Shown here one piece after another: positions 1 through 8,999 of a stretch of DNA of 64,000 nucleotides. Source of the stretch: a virus; IMG/VR virus record IMGVR_UViG_3300020118_000165, positions 7,703-71,702 of that record, one strand, 5' to 3'. A program made the translations under genes and the position numbers. Numbering within the stretch: the first letter of the stretch is position 1; the number at the start of each line of letters is the position of its first letter. The notes beneath the pieces were generated by a model that saw only the letters and a program-made list of their open reading frames with translations, searched no databases and had not been told where the DNA came from.

Positions 1-331
1 TGATCACCGCGTCGAGGATCTTCATCCGGTAGGCAGACAGCTCCGGCCCTATGGGCGCTGGCACGCCGTCGAGCGTCGCGTTGGTAATATCGTCGCGCGG
101 GACTAAAGCCAGCCATATCTGCGTCTCTATCTTGAACAGCGCGGGGGGCATCTTCACCCGCTTGAGATAGGGTATCTGGCTCATCGGCAGCTCGCGCCCG
201 TCCAGGAGGACCAGCGCGGGGAGCTCCTCCCTCTGCAGCTCTATGCGGTCGCGGAACACGTTCTTGATGCCGCTCACGTCGCCGAGCAGGATCTCCAGCT
301 GCGTCAGGATCGCCTCGCGCGTGTCGGTCAC
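1..331 (-). CDS. Probable tail terminator/completion protein (partial, runs off left edge)
   Basis: Hand-translated from GTG 331, overlapping the upstream stop (GTGA): MTDTREAILTQLEILLGDVSGIKNVFRDR...; position after head-tail genes. Confidence 0.5.
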   Translation of the reverse strand, partial: MTDTREAILTQLEILLGDVSGIKNVFRDRIELQREELPALVLLDGRELPMSQIPYLKRVKMPPALFKIETQIWLALVPRDDITNATLDGVPAPIGPELSAYRMKILDAVI

Positions 332-699
332 GCACGCACCACCAGACGCCAGAACACCACGGTATCGCCCGGCGCCACGCGGCCAGGAGGAGCCACGATG
401 CGGAGGTTCTCGGCCTCGACGGGAGGGTCGCCCGGCGGCTGGGCGAACGTGACGAGTCGGTCCTTCACGAAGTCAGGCGGATCAATAACCGCCGTGTCGT
501 CATTCGGGTCGAGCGCCGAGACCAGCACTTTGCGGTCGGTCGGATCAGTAATCTTCAAATTCTCCATCGGCGAGAACGCGATGAAGCACGCGCTCACCTG
601 CCGGTCAGGCGCTCCATTGCGCCGCAGTACGGCGGTCATGCCGTGGTCCCGGATCATGCGGTCCGCCTTGCGGCGCGAGATAGTGTAGTCGACCTGCAT
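328..699 (-). CDS. Head-tail joining/closure protein
   Basis: 123 aa, synteny downstream of the DUF4054-like adaptor. Confidence 0.55.
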   Translation of the reverse strand: MQVDYTISRRKADRMIRDHGMTAVLRRNGAPDRQVSACFIAFSPMENLKITDPTDRKVLVSALDPNDDTAVIDPPDFVKDRLVTFAQPPGDPPVEAENLRIVAPPGRVAPGDTVVFWRLVVRA

Positions 700-700
700 T

Positions 701-916
701 TCAGGCGTTGCCCACCACTTTAGGGCCGATCGACAGGGGCCGCCCCTCTAGCCACTCCAGGCATTCGACCGCGCGGATAAATTGCCGCGCGAGAACGCAG
801 GCGTCGCAGTCTGGATCGCCCGGGACCATTTGCGTCAGGCTGTTCATGTCGAACTCCAGCCATTTATTGGCGATGAGGACGGCCTGCTCTCTCTCGGTCA
901 TTGTTATGGTCCTCAT
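701..916 (-). CDS. Hypothetical protein (DPDCDAC motif)
   Basis: ATGA-coupled small ORF in the operon. Confidence 0.45.
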   Translation of the reverse strand: MRTITMTEREQAVLIANKWLEFDMNSLTQMVPGDPDCDACVLARQFIRAVECLEWLEGRPLSIGPKVVGNA

Positions 917-1269
917 ATCACCGCGACAGGGAAAAAGTTCAGCCTAGCCAACTCAAGGTATCTTCTCCCGTAGGACGTGCTCGATATGTCTAGGTCCTCC
1001 GGGTTCGGCTTGTCGGGGGACACGTAGGTCCACGACATTTCCCCGATCCGCTCGGCCGACACCTGCTGCCCCGTTCCGGATTCGCGGCGCTGCATGGAAA
1101 TCATGAGGTAGTGCGCCGCCAGGTACAGAAGCGCCAAGTCCTGGTCCCCGGGAAACCACGTATCGTCCACGTTGCGCGAAGCCTCGTCGATGGAGTTCTG
1201 CACGGCCGCATCCGTCTCGCCAGAGAGCTCCGGGAACTTCAGCCGCATGGACACGGTGGTCACGGTCAT
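913..1269 (-). CDS. Head-tail adaptor, DUF4054-like
   Basis: FPEL...LYLAAHYL...STSYGRRYLEL motifs. Confidence 0.75.
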   Translation of the reverse strand: MTVTTVSMRLKFPELSGETDAAVQNSIDEASRNVDDTWFPGDQDLALLYLAAHYLMISMQRRESGTGQQVSAERIGEMSWTYVSPDKPNPEDLDISSTSYGRRYLELARLNFFPVAVI

Positions 1270-1640
1270 TGCGACAACTCCGCCTCGGTCACCGTGAGGA
1301 GACCCTGCATGACGGTGACGTGGTTCCCGTCACCGTCAATAACTTCCGCCTCGTGGTAGAAGTTGCCGAGCAAGCCAACGGTGTCGGGCTGCTCCATTGA
1401 GATGACGAACTCCATGGGCGGCGAGGCGAGGACAGTGATGCCGTGCCCGACCGTCTTCTGGATCAACGGCGGAAGCCGAGCGCCGGTCGCGTCAGTCGTG
1501 ACGACGCCGTGCTTCTGCTCCCACACGCTCCAGAACACTTCGGCTCCCTCAAGCGTCTCGCCGACCACGTCCGTCTCGACGTTAACCGTCACGTCCAAGC
1601 TGTTGCCGCGCGGGACGGAGAAGTTCTGGATCGTTGGCAT
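1266..1640 (-). CDS. Virion structural protein, BppU-like beta-sandwich
   Basis: RGNSLDVTV...FYHEAEVID...TVMQGLLTV pattern; coupled ORFs. Confidence 0.45.
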   Translation of the reverse strand: MPTIQNFSVPRGNSLDVTVNVETDVVGETLEGAEVFWSVWEQKHGVVTTDATGARLPPLIQKTVGHGITVLASPPMEFVISMEQPDTVGLLGNFYHEAEVIDGDGNHVTVMQGLLTVTEAELSQ

Positions 1641-4600
1641 CAGGCGGCGACCTTGTAGTTAGCCTGTCTGCCGACGAGGTGGATGGCGCTGGTCTTGCGT
1701 CCCGTCAGGGTGCCGCGCCGTCGCGATCCAATCAGCACTAGGTGCTTGCGCAGCGGCCGGCCGCTGAGGCGCGGCGCGTCTGCCGCCGCGACGATGGCGG
1801 CGGCAGGGACAATGACGGACACGCCAGCCTCGACCGAGACTTGTGGCGCGTCTTCGGCAATGGCTAGGGCGGACGAAGGCACCTCGATGAGGTTCGCCTT
1901 GGTCGAGACTTGCGGCGCGTCCTCCGCCAGGACCAGATTTGCCGCGGGGACGTCGAGGACGCTGATTCCCGTGACTTCTGGCGCGACCGCCTGGAGCACC
2001 GGCTGGGCGGCCGGGACCGGCAGCAGCAGATCCAGGGCCGGGGCCGCTGACTGAGCGGAGAGCGCGCCCGCCGCCGGGGCAAACTGGTCCCCGACTTCCG
2101 GCGCGATACTCGCGAGCACCGCGTCGGCCTGCGGGACCTGGACGGACAGGCCGAGGGACGGTGCCTGCGCGTCGATGACGGCGCCTGCCGCGTCCGGGGC
2201 AATCGTCGCGTTCTCGGTCAGGGCGACGACCGGGACCGCAGCGGCCACCACGACGGCCGCGGCAGGCGGGACAAGCCCGACCGACCCGCCGGCCTGTACC
2301 TGAGGCGAGTCGTTCGTGAGGGCCAGGGCGGCGCTGTCTGGGACCTCGCCGACGTTGGCGGTCAGCGCGACCTGCGGAACTGCGCTCGTCAGGGCGAGGT
2401 TGGCAGTATCTGTCGTCAGGACAAGCCCAAGGGCCGGGGCGGCCTCAGACGCGGACAGAGCACCGGACGGAATGGTGGCCGTCAGGCCAAGTGCTGGGGC
2501 ATCCCCGGCGGCGACCAGCGCCGCAGATGCGACAGAGACGGATTGGTCTAGCGCGGGGGCATCCTCGGCTAGCGCCAGGGCCGCCGCGCTGGGAACCTCG
2601 AACACGCTCGCCGTGGCCACGACAACGGGCGGGTCTTGAGCGAGCGAAAGCGCCTCGGATGGGGCGGCCACCTGCAGGCCAAGTGACGGCGGGTCTTCTG
2701 CCGCCGCAAGGTCGGCCTCGGCCGGCGCCAGGACTGTCCTGGTTGCCAAAGCCGGGGCGTCCGCGGACAGCCCGAGCGCGGCCTCTGGGACCGCCTCCTG
2801 TAGCGTTAGCGCTGGGGCGTCTGCCGACAGCGCGAGGGCATCGGCGGGAGGCTCCACGACCGCTCTCAGGGCCAATGCGGGGGCATCCTCGGCTAAGGCG
2901 AGGCCGGAGGATGCCGCAGTCACCAAGAGGTCCAGCCGAGGCGCGACGGTATCTAGGGCTAGGTCGCCCTCGGAGGGGACGATAGAGGCCCTAGCCGTTA
3001 GGACCGGGGCGTCCTCCGCCAGCGCCAGGGCCGCGGCGGGTATCCCCGCCTCCTGTGCCAATTCGGGGGCCGTAGCAGCCAGCAGGAGGGCGTCCGCAGG
3101 CGGCGAGATGACCGTGATGAAGGTGAGCGCCGGCGCAGCCTCGTCCAGCACGATGGCTGCGTCAGGTATCGCCTCCTGAAACGCGAGCTCCGGTGCTGCC
3201 GCAGCCAAGGCGACGGCCGACGACGGAACGACAAGGCTGAGGCCGGTGGCCGGGGCGTCCTCCGCGAGCACCATCGCGTCTGCGGGAACCGCGACCTGGA
3301 GGGACAGGGCCGGCGCGGCCTCCGCGAGCGCAAGAGCTTCGGCTGGCGCAACGACTTGCAGGGACAGCGACGGCGCGGCCTCGGCTAGCGCGAGGCTCGC
3401 AACGGACGGCCCCGAGAAGACGCTGTTGGTGACGACTGGCGCCGATTCCGCGAGCACCAGCGCCCCTGATGCGATCGGCGTATTGAGATTGAGCGCCGGG
3501 GCATCTTCCGCGAGCGCGAGGCTTTCGACAGGCGGCGATACCTGCAACTGCAAGCTCGGGGCCGCCTCCGCAACCACGAGACTCTGGACCGGCGTGGCTA
3601 CTTGGAGCGCTAGGCTGGGGGCACTTTCCGCGACTACGAGCGCTGCCGCCGCCGGGACGGCGAACACGCTGTTGGTCCAGGACGGCGCATCCTCCGAGAG
3701 GGCCAGAGCGGAAGACGAGATGTTGACCGTTGCGGCTAGGGTCGGTGCGGCCTCAACGAGCGCCAGAGCGCCTGCGCCGACCGGCACGTTGATGCTGAGC
3801 GCGGGGACCGCCCCGCTCAACGCAAGCGTAGACGCCGTTACTGGATTATTGAACCCGAGCGCCGGGGACGCTTCCGCCAATACCAGCGAGGCAACGCCCG
3901 GCTGCTGCGTCAGATTAAGATTCGGCGCGGCTTCAGCGAGCGCGAGCGCGGAAACCGGCGCGGTAACTTGCAACGCTAGAGCTGGCGCTGCCTCGCTCAG
4001 CGCAAGCGCGGTTACCCCGGGGACGGAAAATACGCTGTTCGTCCAGCTAGGCGCTGCCTCCGAAAGCGCGAGGGCTCCCACCGGGGCCGTAATCAGCAAC
4101 GCCAAGGACGGCGCCGCCTCGGCCAGCGTAGGCGCTGCCGCAGATGGGGAGGCAAATACGCTGTTCGTCCAGGTCGGGGCACTCTCGGTCAATGCGAGAG
4201 CCGCAACTGGAGGAACGATATTAAAGTTGAGTGTCGGCGCGGCCTCCGCCAGCGACAGCGCGCCGACCGGCGGAGGTACTTGGAAACCCAGTGTGCCTGC
4301 GGCTTCAGCGCTCGAAAGGCTCGCGACCGGAGGCGTGATCGTGGTGCCGGTCGCCGGCGTGTAGGTGACGATGATCAGGCCGTCGGCGCCGGCTCCCGCA
4401 TTCTGCGTGGCTGAACCCCGAAGTCCACCGGCGCCGCCGCCGCCGCCGCCATAGTTAGCGCCCTTACCGCCGGTGCTGGTCTCCCCGGTGTTGTTGCCCG
4501 TAATTTGACCACCGCCGCCACCTCCCGCACCTGGGCCGTGGGTGGAATCCCAAACCACGGTCGTCGTTTGCGCCGAGCCGTCACCAGCAGTTGACGTTCC

Positions 4601-5305
4601 AGAAGCCGCTGAGGTCCCGCCACCCCCACCGCCGCCGCTGCCCGCCGTTCCCGCGGTGTTGGCTGGGCCCCCGCCCGAGCCCCCGATGCCGTTCCCGCCC
4701 GCGCCCCCCGTAGCGGTCGTCGCTTTCGTCCCGGCATTGGCTATGTTCGCTGCACCACCGCCAGAACCGCCAGTTCCAGTCGGCTGAGTTCCACCGTTGC
4801 CGCCCCCAGCGTTAGGCCCGGCAGCTCCGCCTCCTCCACCGCTTCCCGTATTCGTTGCGTTGTTGCTTCCACCAGTTCCACCCGGGTTGAAACCCACCCC
4901 AGGAGCAACAGTATAGGTAACTGGCGGCGTTCCTTGGGTAGCTGTTTGGCCTGATATCCCTCCGTTGCCTCCTGTTTGAGTTAACGCATTCAGTCCATTT
5001 TGCGCTTCGTAACAATTCGTTGCTACCGTATTTAGCCAAAAGGTCCCCGAGGTATTCTGCGTGGTACCGCCGTCACCACCGGCACTAACACGGAAAACAA
5101 AATTTGAAAGGTTGGAAGTCGCGTTCGTGAGCTTGGTATACCCGGCACCGCCTCCTCCTCCACCCCCCTTCGGGTTAGCACCAGTCGTGCCGATAGCGCC
5201 GTTGCCGCCTGCACCGACAAGCTCAACCGTATGGCCAGCATCTTGCCAGTCACCCGGCAAGCTCTGCGGCGAGGTCGTCGTCTTGAGCAGAAAGACTTGG
5301 GTCAT
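1640..5305 (-). CDS. Large virion fibre/decoration protein: Gly-rich N-domain plus ~40 copies of a 20-22 aa A/L/P/S/T repeat (xLALAEAAPxL)
   Basis: 1221 aa; GAGG/GGGGG region to ~aa 315, then tandem repeats such as PPVGALSLAEAAPTLNFNIV. Confidence 0.7.
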   Translation of the reverse strand: MTQVFLLKTTTSPQSLPGDWQDAGHTVELVGAGGNGAIGTTGANPKGGGGGGGAGYTKLTNATSNLSNFVFRVSAGGDGGTTQNTSGTFWLNTVATNCYEAQNGLNALTQTGGNGGISGQTATQGTPPVTYTVAPGVGFNPGGTGGSNNATNTGSGGGGGAAGPNAGGGNGGTQPTGTGGSGGGAANIANAGTKATTATGGAGGNGIGGSGGGPANTAGTAGSGGGGGGGTSAASGTSTAGDGSAQTTTVVWDSTHGPGAGGGGGGQITGNNTGETSTGGKGANYGGGGGGAGGLRGSATQNAGAGADGLIIVTYTPATGTTITPPVASLSSAEAAGTLGFQVPPPVGALSLAEAAPTLNFNIVPPVAALALTESAPTWTNSVFASPSAAAPTLAEAAPSLALLITAPVGALALSEAAPSWTNSVFSVPGVTALALSEAAPALALQVTAPVSALALAEAAPNLNLTQQPGVASLVLAEASPALGFNNPVTASTLALSGAVPALSINVPVGAGALALVEAAPTLAATVNISSSALALSEDAPSWTNSVFAVPAAAALVVAESAPSLALQVATPVQSLVVAEAAPSLQLQVSPPVESLALAEDAPALNLNTPIASGALVLAESAPVVTNSVFSGPSVASLALAEAAPSLSLQVVAPAEALALAEAAPALSLQVAVPADAMVLAEDAPATGLSLVVPSSAVALAAAAPELAFQEAIPDAAIVLDEAAPALTFITVISPPADALLLAATAPELAQEAGIPAAALALAEDAPVLTARASIVPSEGDLALDTVAPRLDLLVTAASSGLALAEDAPALALRAVVEPPADALALSADAPALTLQEAVPEAALGLSADAPALATRTVLAPAEADLAAAEDPPSLGLQVAAPSEALSLAQDPPVVVATASVFEVPSAAALALAEDAPALDQSVSVASAALVAAGDAPALGLTATIPSGALSASEAAPALGLVLTTDTANLALTSAVPQVALTANVGEVPDSAALALTNDSPQVQAGGSVGLVPPAAAVVVAAAVPVVALTENATIAPDAAGAVIDAQAPSLGLSVQVPQADAVLASIAPEVGDQFAPAAGALSAQSAAPALDLLLPVPAAQPVLQAVAPEVTGISVLDVPAANLVLAEDAPQVSTKANLIEVPSSALAIAEDAPQVSVEAGVSVIVPAAAIVAAADAPRLSGRPLRKHLVLIGSRRRGTLTGRKTSAIHLVGRQANYKVAA

Positions 5306-5324
5306 CCTGCCCGCTCATCTCTGC

Positions 5325-5948
5325 TTAGTTGAAGGCAACCAACAGCCCGACGGACCGCCGCGCGGTCCCCAACGTCGGGTTCCAGGTATAGGCCCCGTCC
5401 GTCGGCGCCAGCCGCCCACTCGCGTGCACCGTGAAGGTCGTGGTGGCGATCCCGGACAGAACGTCCGGTCCCCACGCCGCGTCCTGCGTGAACGTGTCGG
5501 TGGACGGCCCCGCCACCCCGAGCGTTGCGAACAATTGCATCCCGGCTTGCGCGTTGACGCTGTAGGACAAGTTGGTTGCGTTGAACCACTCCACGTCCGA
5601 CGAGAACAGACCGCCTTGCACGCCGGTGAAGAAGTAACCCGACATGGCAAAGTCGGCGCGGGCCGATGAAGTCAACGTGATGGTGTCGGCTGTCGTCAAC
5701 GCCTTCGCACCTTGCGGCACCACCAAGTTCACCAAGAATTGCGCGCTCGTCCCCGGCTGCTGCGAGGCTACCTGCGTTTGGTAGTTATTACCTTGCGTGT
5801 CCTGGATCGTAATAGTTGCAGTATCCGGCGCGTTTGTCCCGACGCTCAGGAACAGAAGCGCCCCGGCCGGGAGCGCCGCAGACGGGTGGAACGTCAATGA
5901 GGTGACGTTGCGCTGGAACGCACCGCCGATCGAGGTGGGGTTGGCCAT
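5325..5948 (-). CDS. Virion structural protein (beta-rich)
   Basis: 207 aa, T/S/A-rich, GGAG SD, within the head module. Confidence 0.55.
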   Translation of the reverse strand: MANPTSIGGAFQRNVTSLTFHPSAALPAGALLFLSVGTNAPDTATITIQDTQGNNYQTQVASQQPGTSAQFLVNLVVPQGAKALTTADTITLTSSARADFAMSGYFFTGVQGGLFSSDVEWFNATNLSYSVNAQAGMQLFATLGVAGPSTDTFTQDAAWGPDVLSGIATTTFTVHASGRLAPTDGAYTWNPTLGTARRSVGLLVAFN

Positions 5949-6152
5949 TTATCTCTCCCGTTGCGATCTGACGTAGGCTTCCACGATTGGGATCACCTCT
6001 CGCGGGTTCGCCGGCTCGCGCCGCCACAGGTTCGGCACGACGTAGAGCATCTCGCCCGGCCCGACGTGGTTTTTCATCCGCTCTGGCTCCGTCACGATCA
6101 CGCGCAAACCGCCACCAACATCTACGATGCCGGCGACGGCGCTCCGCTTCAC
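5949..6152 (-). CDS. Hypothetical protein
   Basis: Fills the gap between two structural genes. Confidence 0.4.
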   Translation of the reverse strand: MKRSAVAGIVDVGGGLRVIVTEPERMKNHVGPGEMLYVVPNLWRREPANPREVIPIVEAYVRSQRER

Positions 6153-6156
6153 GGCG

Positions 6157-6612
6157 TCACCCGGTGAGGTTGAAGATGCCCGTGGCGGCAGGCGTAATAG
6201 TCAACCTGTTGCCCGCCGTAATCGTGAACTGCGACGTGGACAGCTGCGAGGCGCAGAGGAGCTTCCTCGCCCCGGCCGACGCGCCGGTGACCCACAGCAC
6301 CGCGAACTTGATGTTCGCGATCGAGCCGCCGTTGGCCGACCAGAACTTGGCCGACGAATTGAACCGCATCTGCTTGGCGGAGGCCCCGGCCGTCCAAGTC
6401 ACGCCCGTGAGCGTCTTGCCCGAGGACGAGTAGCCGTTCGCCTCCGTCACCTCGCCCGTCACCGAGCCGTAGGTCGAGAGCGTAACCGTCCCGGCATTCG
6501 ACGCCGACGTGTGGAGCGTCATCTGGAACGTGCTGGCATCCAGACGGATGCCGACGTTCGCCGAGATGTTCTTGCGGGCCTTGTTGTAGAAAACCCAGGC
6601 TGCTGCTGACAT
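6157..6612 (-). CDS. Virion structural protein (fibre/vertex-associated type)
   Basis: MSAAAWVFYNKA...GYSSSGKTL...GIFNLT; AAGGAG SD. Confidence 0.6.
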   Translation of the reverse strand: MSAAAWVFYNKARKNISANVGIRLDASTFQMTLHTSASNAGTVTLSTYGSVTGEVTEANGYSSSGKTLTGVTWTAGASAKQMRFNSSAKFWSANGGSIANIKFAVLWVTGASAGARKLLCASQLSTSQFTITAGNRLTITPAATGIFNLTG

Positions 6613-6613
6613 T

Positions 6614-7495
6614 TCACTTCTCCTTTTGCTCTGTCTCTGTCTCTGTCTCCAAGGCGGCCCCGGTGCGGATCATCGTCGCGATGAGTCCGGGGCCGTGGAC
6701 GCTGAGTTGGAACGAATCCCCGCGGTCCTTCACGAGGTCGAGGAAGTCCTGCGCCTGTTTCACGTGCCAGGGTGAACAGGTGAAGCGTTGCGCGTAGTCG
6801 TCGCGGTAGCTTCCGTCCTTCGCCTTCGGCCGCAGCCACACGCCGAGGCGCTGGTCCGCGTCGTTCTCGGCCTGCGCATAGGCGTGGTGGTCCTCGCCCA
6901 GCCAGCACGAGTCGAGGCCGAACACCTCGATCCTTTCGAATCCGAGCATACGCAGCAGGGTGATGGCGCGCACCGCCACCGTCGTGCCTATCGTGACCGG
7001 GAACACCCGGTCGAAATAGTACGCGCGCAGACTAGCCAGCTCCTCGTCCCCGCCCGAGCAGGCGTGCCAGATGAACGTTGTGCGGCCCCGGCACATGTCG
7101 AACGTCGCTGGATGGCACTGTGACGCGAGCAGGTAGCGGCAGCCAGGTACCTCGCGCTCGATGAACCGCTTGTTGTGCTCGCGGGCATCCAGCATCACGG
7201 TCGCCAACGGGCGGATGTTGCGGTCGAGGCACCAACCATAGGCGCCGTTGACGGTCACGACCTGCGCCCCCGCCCACACGGTCTGCACGAGGTCATGCTC
7301 CGCGTCCTTCAGGGACGGCCCGCCGCAGACAAGGACCGCCGACGACGGATTGGGCTCATGCGGGTGGACTTGCGGCAGCCCGCGCCTGATGTTGGCGAGC
7401 ACCTGCTCGCGCATGATCGCGTCGGGCACGTTGCAGCATGCGTTCGGGTCGAACTCGACGGCATGGACCTTGTTTGGGTCGAGAGCGAGGTTCAT
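6614..7495 (-). CDS. Maf/DUF115 (MptE-like) glycosyltransferase-type protein
   Basis: VLVCGGPSL, VVTVNGA, LGFERIEVFGLDS motifs; ATGA overlap with the upstream MTase. Confidence 0.65.
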   Translation of the reverse strand: MNLALDPNKVHAVEFDPNACCNVPDAIMREQVLANIRRGLPQVHPHEPNPSSAVLVCGGPSLKDAEHDLVQTVWAGAQVVTVNGAYGWCLDRNIRPLATVMLDAREHNKRFIEREVPGCRYLLASQCHPATFDMCRGRTTFIWHACSGGDEELASLRAYYFDRVFPVTIGTTVAVRAITLLRMLGFERIEVFGLDSCWLGEDHHAYAQAENDADQRLGVWLRPKAKDGSYRDDYAQRFTCSPWHVKQAQDFLDLVKDRGDSFQLSVHGPGLIATMIRTGAALETETETEQKEK

Positions 7496-8076
7496 CTTTT
7501 CACCACGAACAATCCCATGCCGCACAAATCGCGGGCGTCAACCAGCGTCCCCAACCCGCCGATCCTGTCGCGCCACCACGAGAACGGCTGCACCGTCAGA
7601 TGCAGCTTGTCGCCGATCAGGTGGCCGAAAGTCTCCGGCAAGAACGCTACCTGGAACCAGACCGTCCGGCACTTGCTGAGGATGCGGTCAATGCACAGCA
7701 TCGTGTACTCGGGCGGTATATGCTCCATCACGTCGCAGCAGAAACCGTAGTCCCACCCGAGCGGCCTGTACCATCCCCAGTTCGACCACAGCGGCGCCTC
7801 GATGAAGCGGCGGCGGTCCACCTCTTCAGGCACCGCGGCGTCGGTCAAATCGAGCCACCACACGTCGAGGCCTCGACGCTTGAGCTCTAACCCCGCCACG
7901 CATGCCCCAGCGCCGATGTCGATCAGCGTGGAGCCCGGGGGAGGCTTGATGACCGATATAAACCGATCGACGTTCTCCAGCCCCGGCGAGTACACGTGGT
8001 ACTCGGGGAACTGCCAAACTGCACGATACTTCTCGCGCTCGTTCGCGGCCGTATCGCCGACGTAGATTGCCGTCAT
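7492..8076 (-). CDS. Class I SAM-dependent methyltransferase
   Basis: LIDIGAG motif I, FCCDVMEHIP. Confidence 0.8.
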   Translation of the reverse strand: MTAIYVGDTAANEREKYRAVWQFPEYHVYSPGLENVDRFISVIKPPPGSTLIDIGAGACVAGLELKRRGLDVWWLDLTDAAVPEEVDRRRFIEAPLWSNWGWYRPLGWDYGFCCDVMEHIPPEYTMLCIDRILSKCRTVWFQVAFLPETFGHLIGDKLHLTVQPFSWWRDRIGGLGTLVDARDLCGMGLFVVKR

Positions 8077-8114
8077 CCCTTACATCCTCCCCCTTAGCCT
8101 CACCGGCGCGGCCC

Positions 8115-8501
8115 TCAGGACCGGCCGCCGTTGACCAAAGGGCGCGGCCCGTCCTCCGACCCAGGCCGCGAGCCTACCAAAGGGTCGTTGCTCAGCAAAC
8201 GCAGCGCCGCCTCCGCGTCGTCCAGACCCTTCTCCGCGGTCGCAAGGACATGCTCGTGCGGGGCGAACACCTCCTCGGTCCGCTTGCTGATCGCCGCCTC
8301 GCGCGCGATGAGCGCGTCCGCCCGCGCCTCGATGCTCGCCGTCGCCCGCGCCGCCACGCCAGACGCCGTCTTGAGCTTCTCCGTCAGCCTGTCCAGCGCC
8401 ATGTGCTCACGTAGCCTCCTGTTGGCCTGCTCGACCTCGAACGCCGCGACGATGGCGCGCAGCCGGTTGTCCAGCGCGCGCCACTCTCGATACGTGAGCA
8501 A
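8115..8501 (-). CDS. Hypothetical coiled-coil protein (start uncertain)
   Basis: Ala-rich helical ORF in the operon. Confidence 0.4.
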   Translation of the reverse strand: MLTYREWRALDNRLRAIVAAFEVEQANRRLREHMALDRLTEKLKTASGVAARATASIEARADALIAREAAISKRTEEVFAPHEHVLATAEKGLDDAEAALRLLSNDPLVGSRPGSEDGPRPLVNGGRS

Positions 8502-8502
8502 A

Positions 8503-8889
8503 TCACCGGCGACCAGGGTTCGTCGGGCGGCGGCCCTGCTGCGGCCTCGGCGGCGTCTGCGCGGTAGGCGCAGGTTGTGGCTGCTGTGGCGGCGGCGGCG
8601 GCGGTTGCAAGGGCGACTGCGCTTTCGGGGCGGTCTGCGCCGCCATGTCCGCGGTCGGGGGCTGGACGGTCACGCTGCCCCCGCCAACCGGTTTGAGCTG
8701 CAAATCGTCCTTCTGCGCCAGAAGCTTCTCCGCTACGTGGTCGGCGAGCTCGACGTTCTGTTTCGTCTCGCCGGGGTCGATTCCGATCGGCCCGGCGTTG
8801 GCGATGCCGTCGAAGATAACGCGGCGGTGGGCCAGCGGGTTGGTGATATCGTAGCGCTTGCTCGGGGGCTTGCTCGGAGTGTCAGGCAT
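8503..8889 (-). CDS. Capsid-adjacent small protein with Pro/Gln-rich tail; N-domain paralogous to the N-terminus of the 53414-55768 glycosyltransferase
   Basis: GGAG SD; first gene after the MCP; manual alignment ~21/55 identities. Confidence 0.7.
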   Translation of the reverse strand: MPDTPSKPPSKRYDITNPLAHRRVIFDGIANAGPIGIDPGETKQNVELADHVAEKLLAQKDDLQLKPVGGGSVTVQPPTADMAAQTAPKAQSPLQPPPPPPQQPQPAPTAQTPPRPQQGRRPTNPGRR

Positions 8890-8926
8890 GTCAGTTCTCC
8901 CTGGTTTTCAAAAGAGGTTTACGCAG

Positions 8927-8999
8927 GGCCGCGCGGAGATGGAGATATCCGGCGGCCCCGCGCCTAGCCGCGCGTTGGGGGGCGCGAGAACGCGCGGCT
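8927..8999 (-). terminator. Stem-loops downstream of the major capsid gene (terminator or mRNA-stabilising hairpins)
   Basis: agccgcgcgtt/aacgcgcggct 11-bp inverted repeat at 8967-8999, plus gggccgc/gcggccc. Confidence 0.4.

Noticed and set aside
3246-4364. 372-aa plus-strand ORF
   Set aside because: Antisense shadow of the repetitive GC-rich fibre gene
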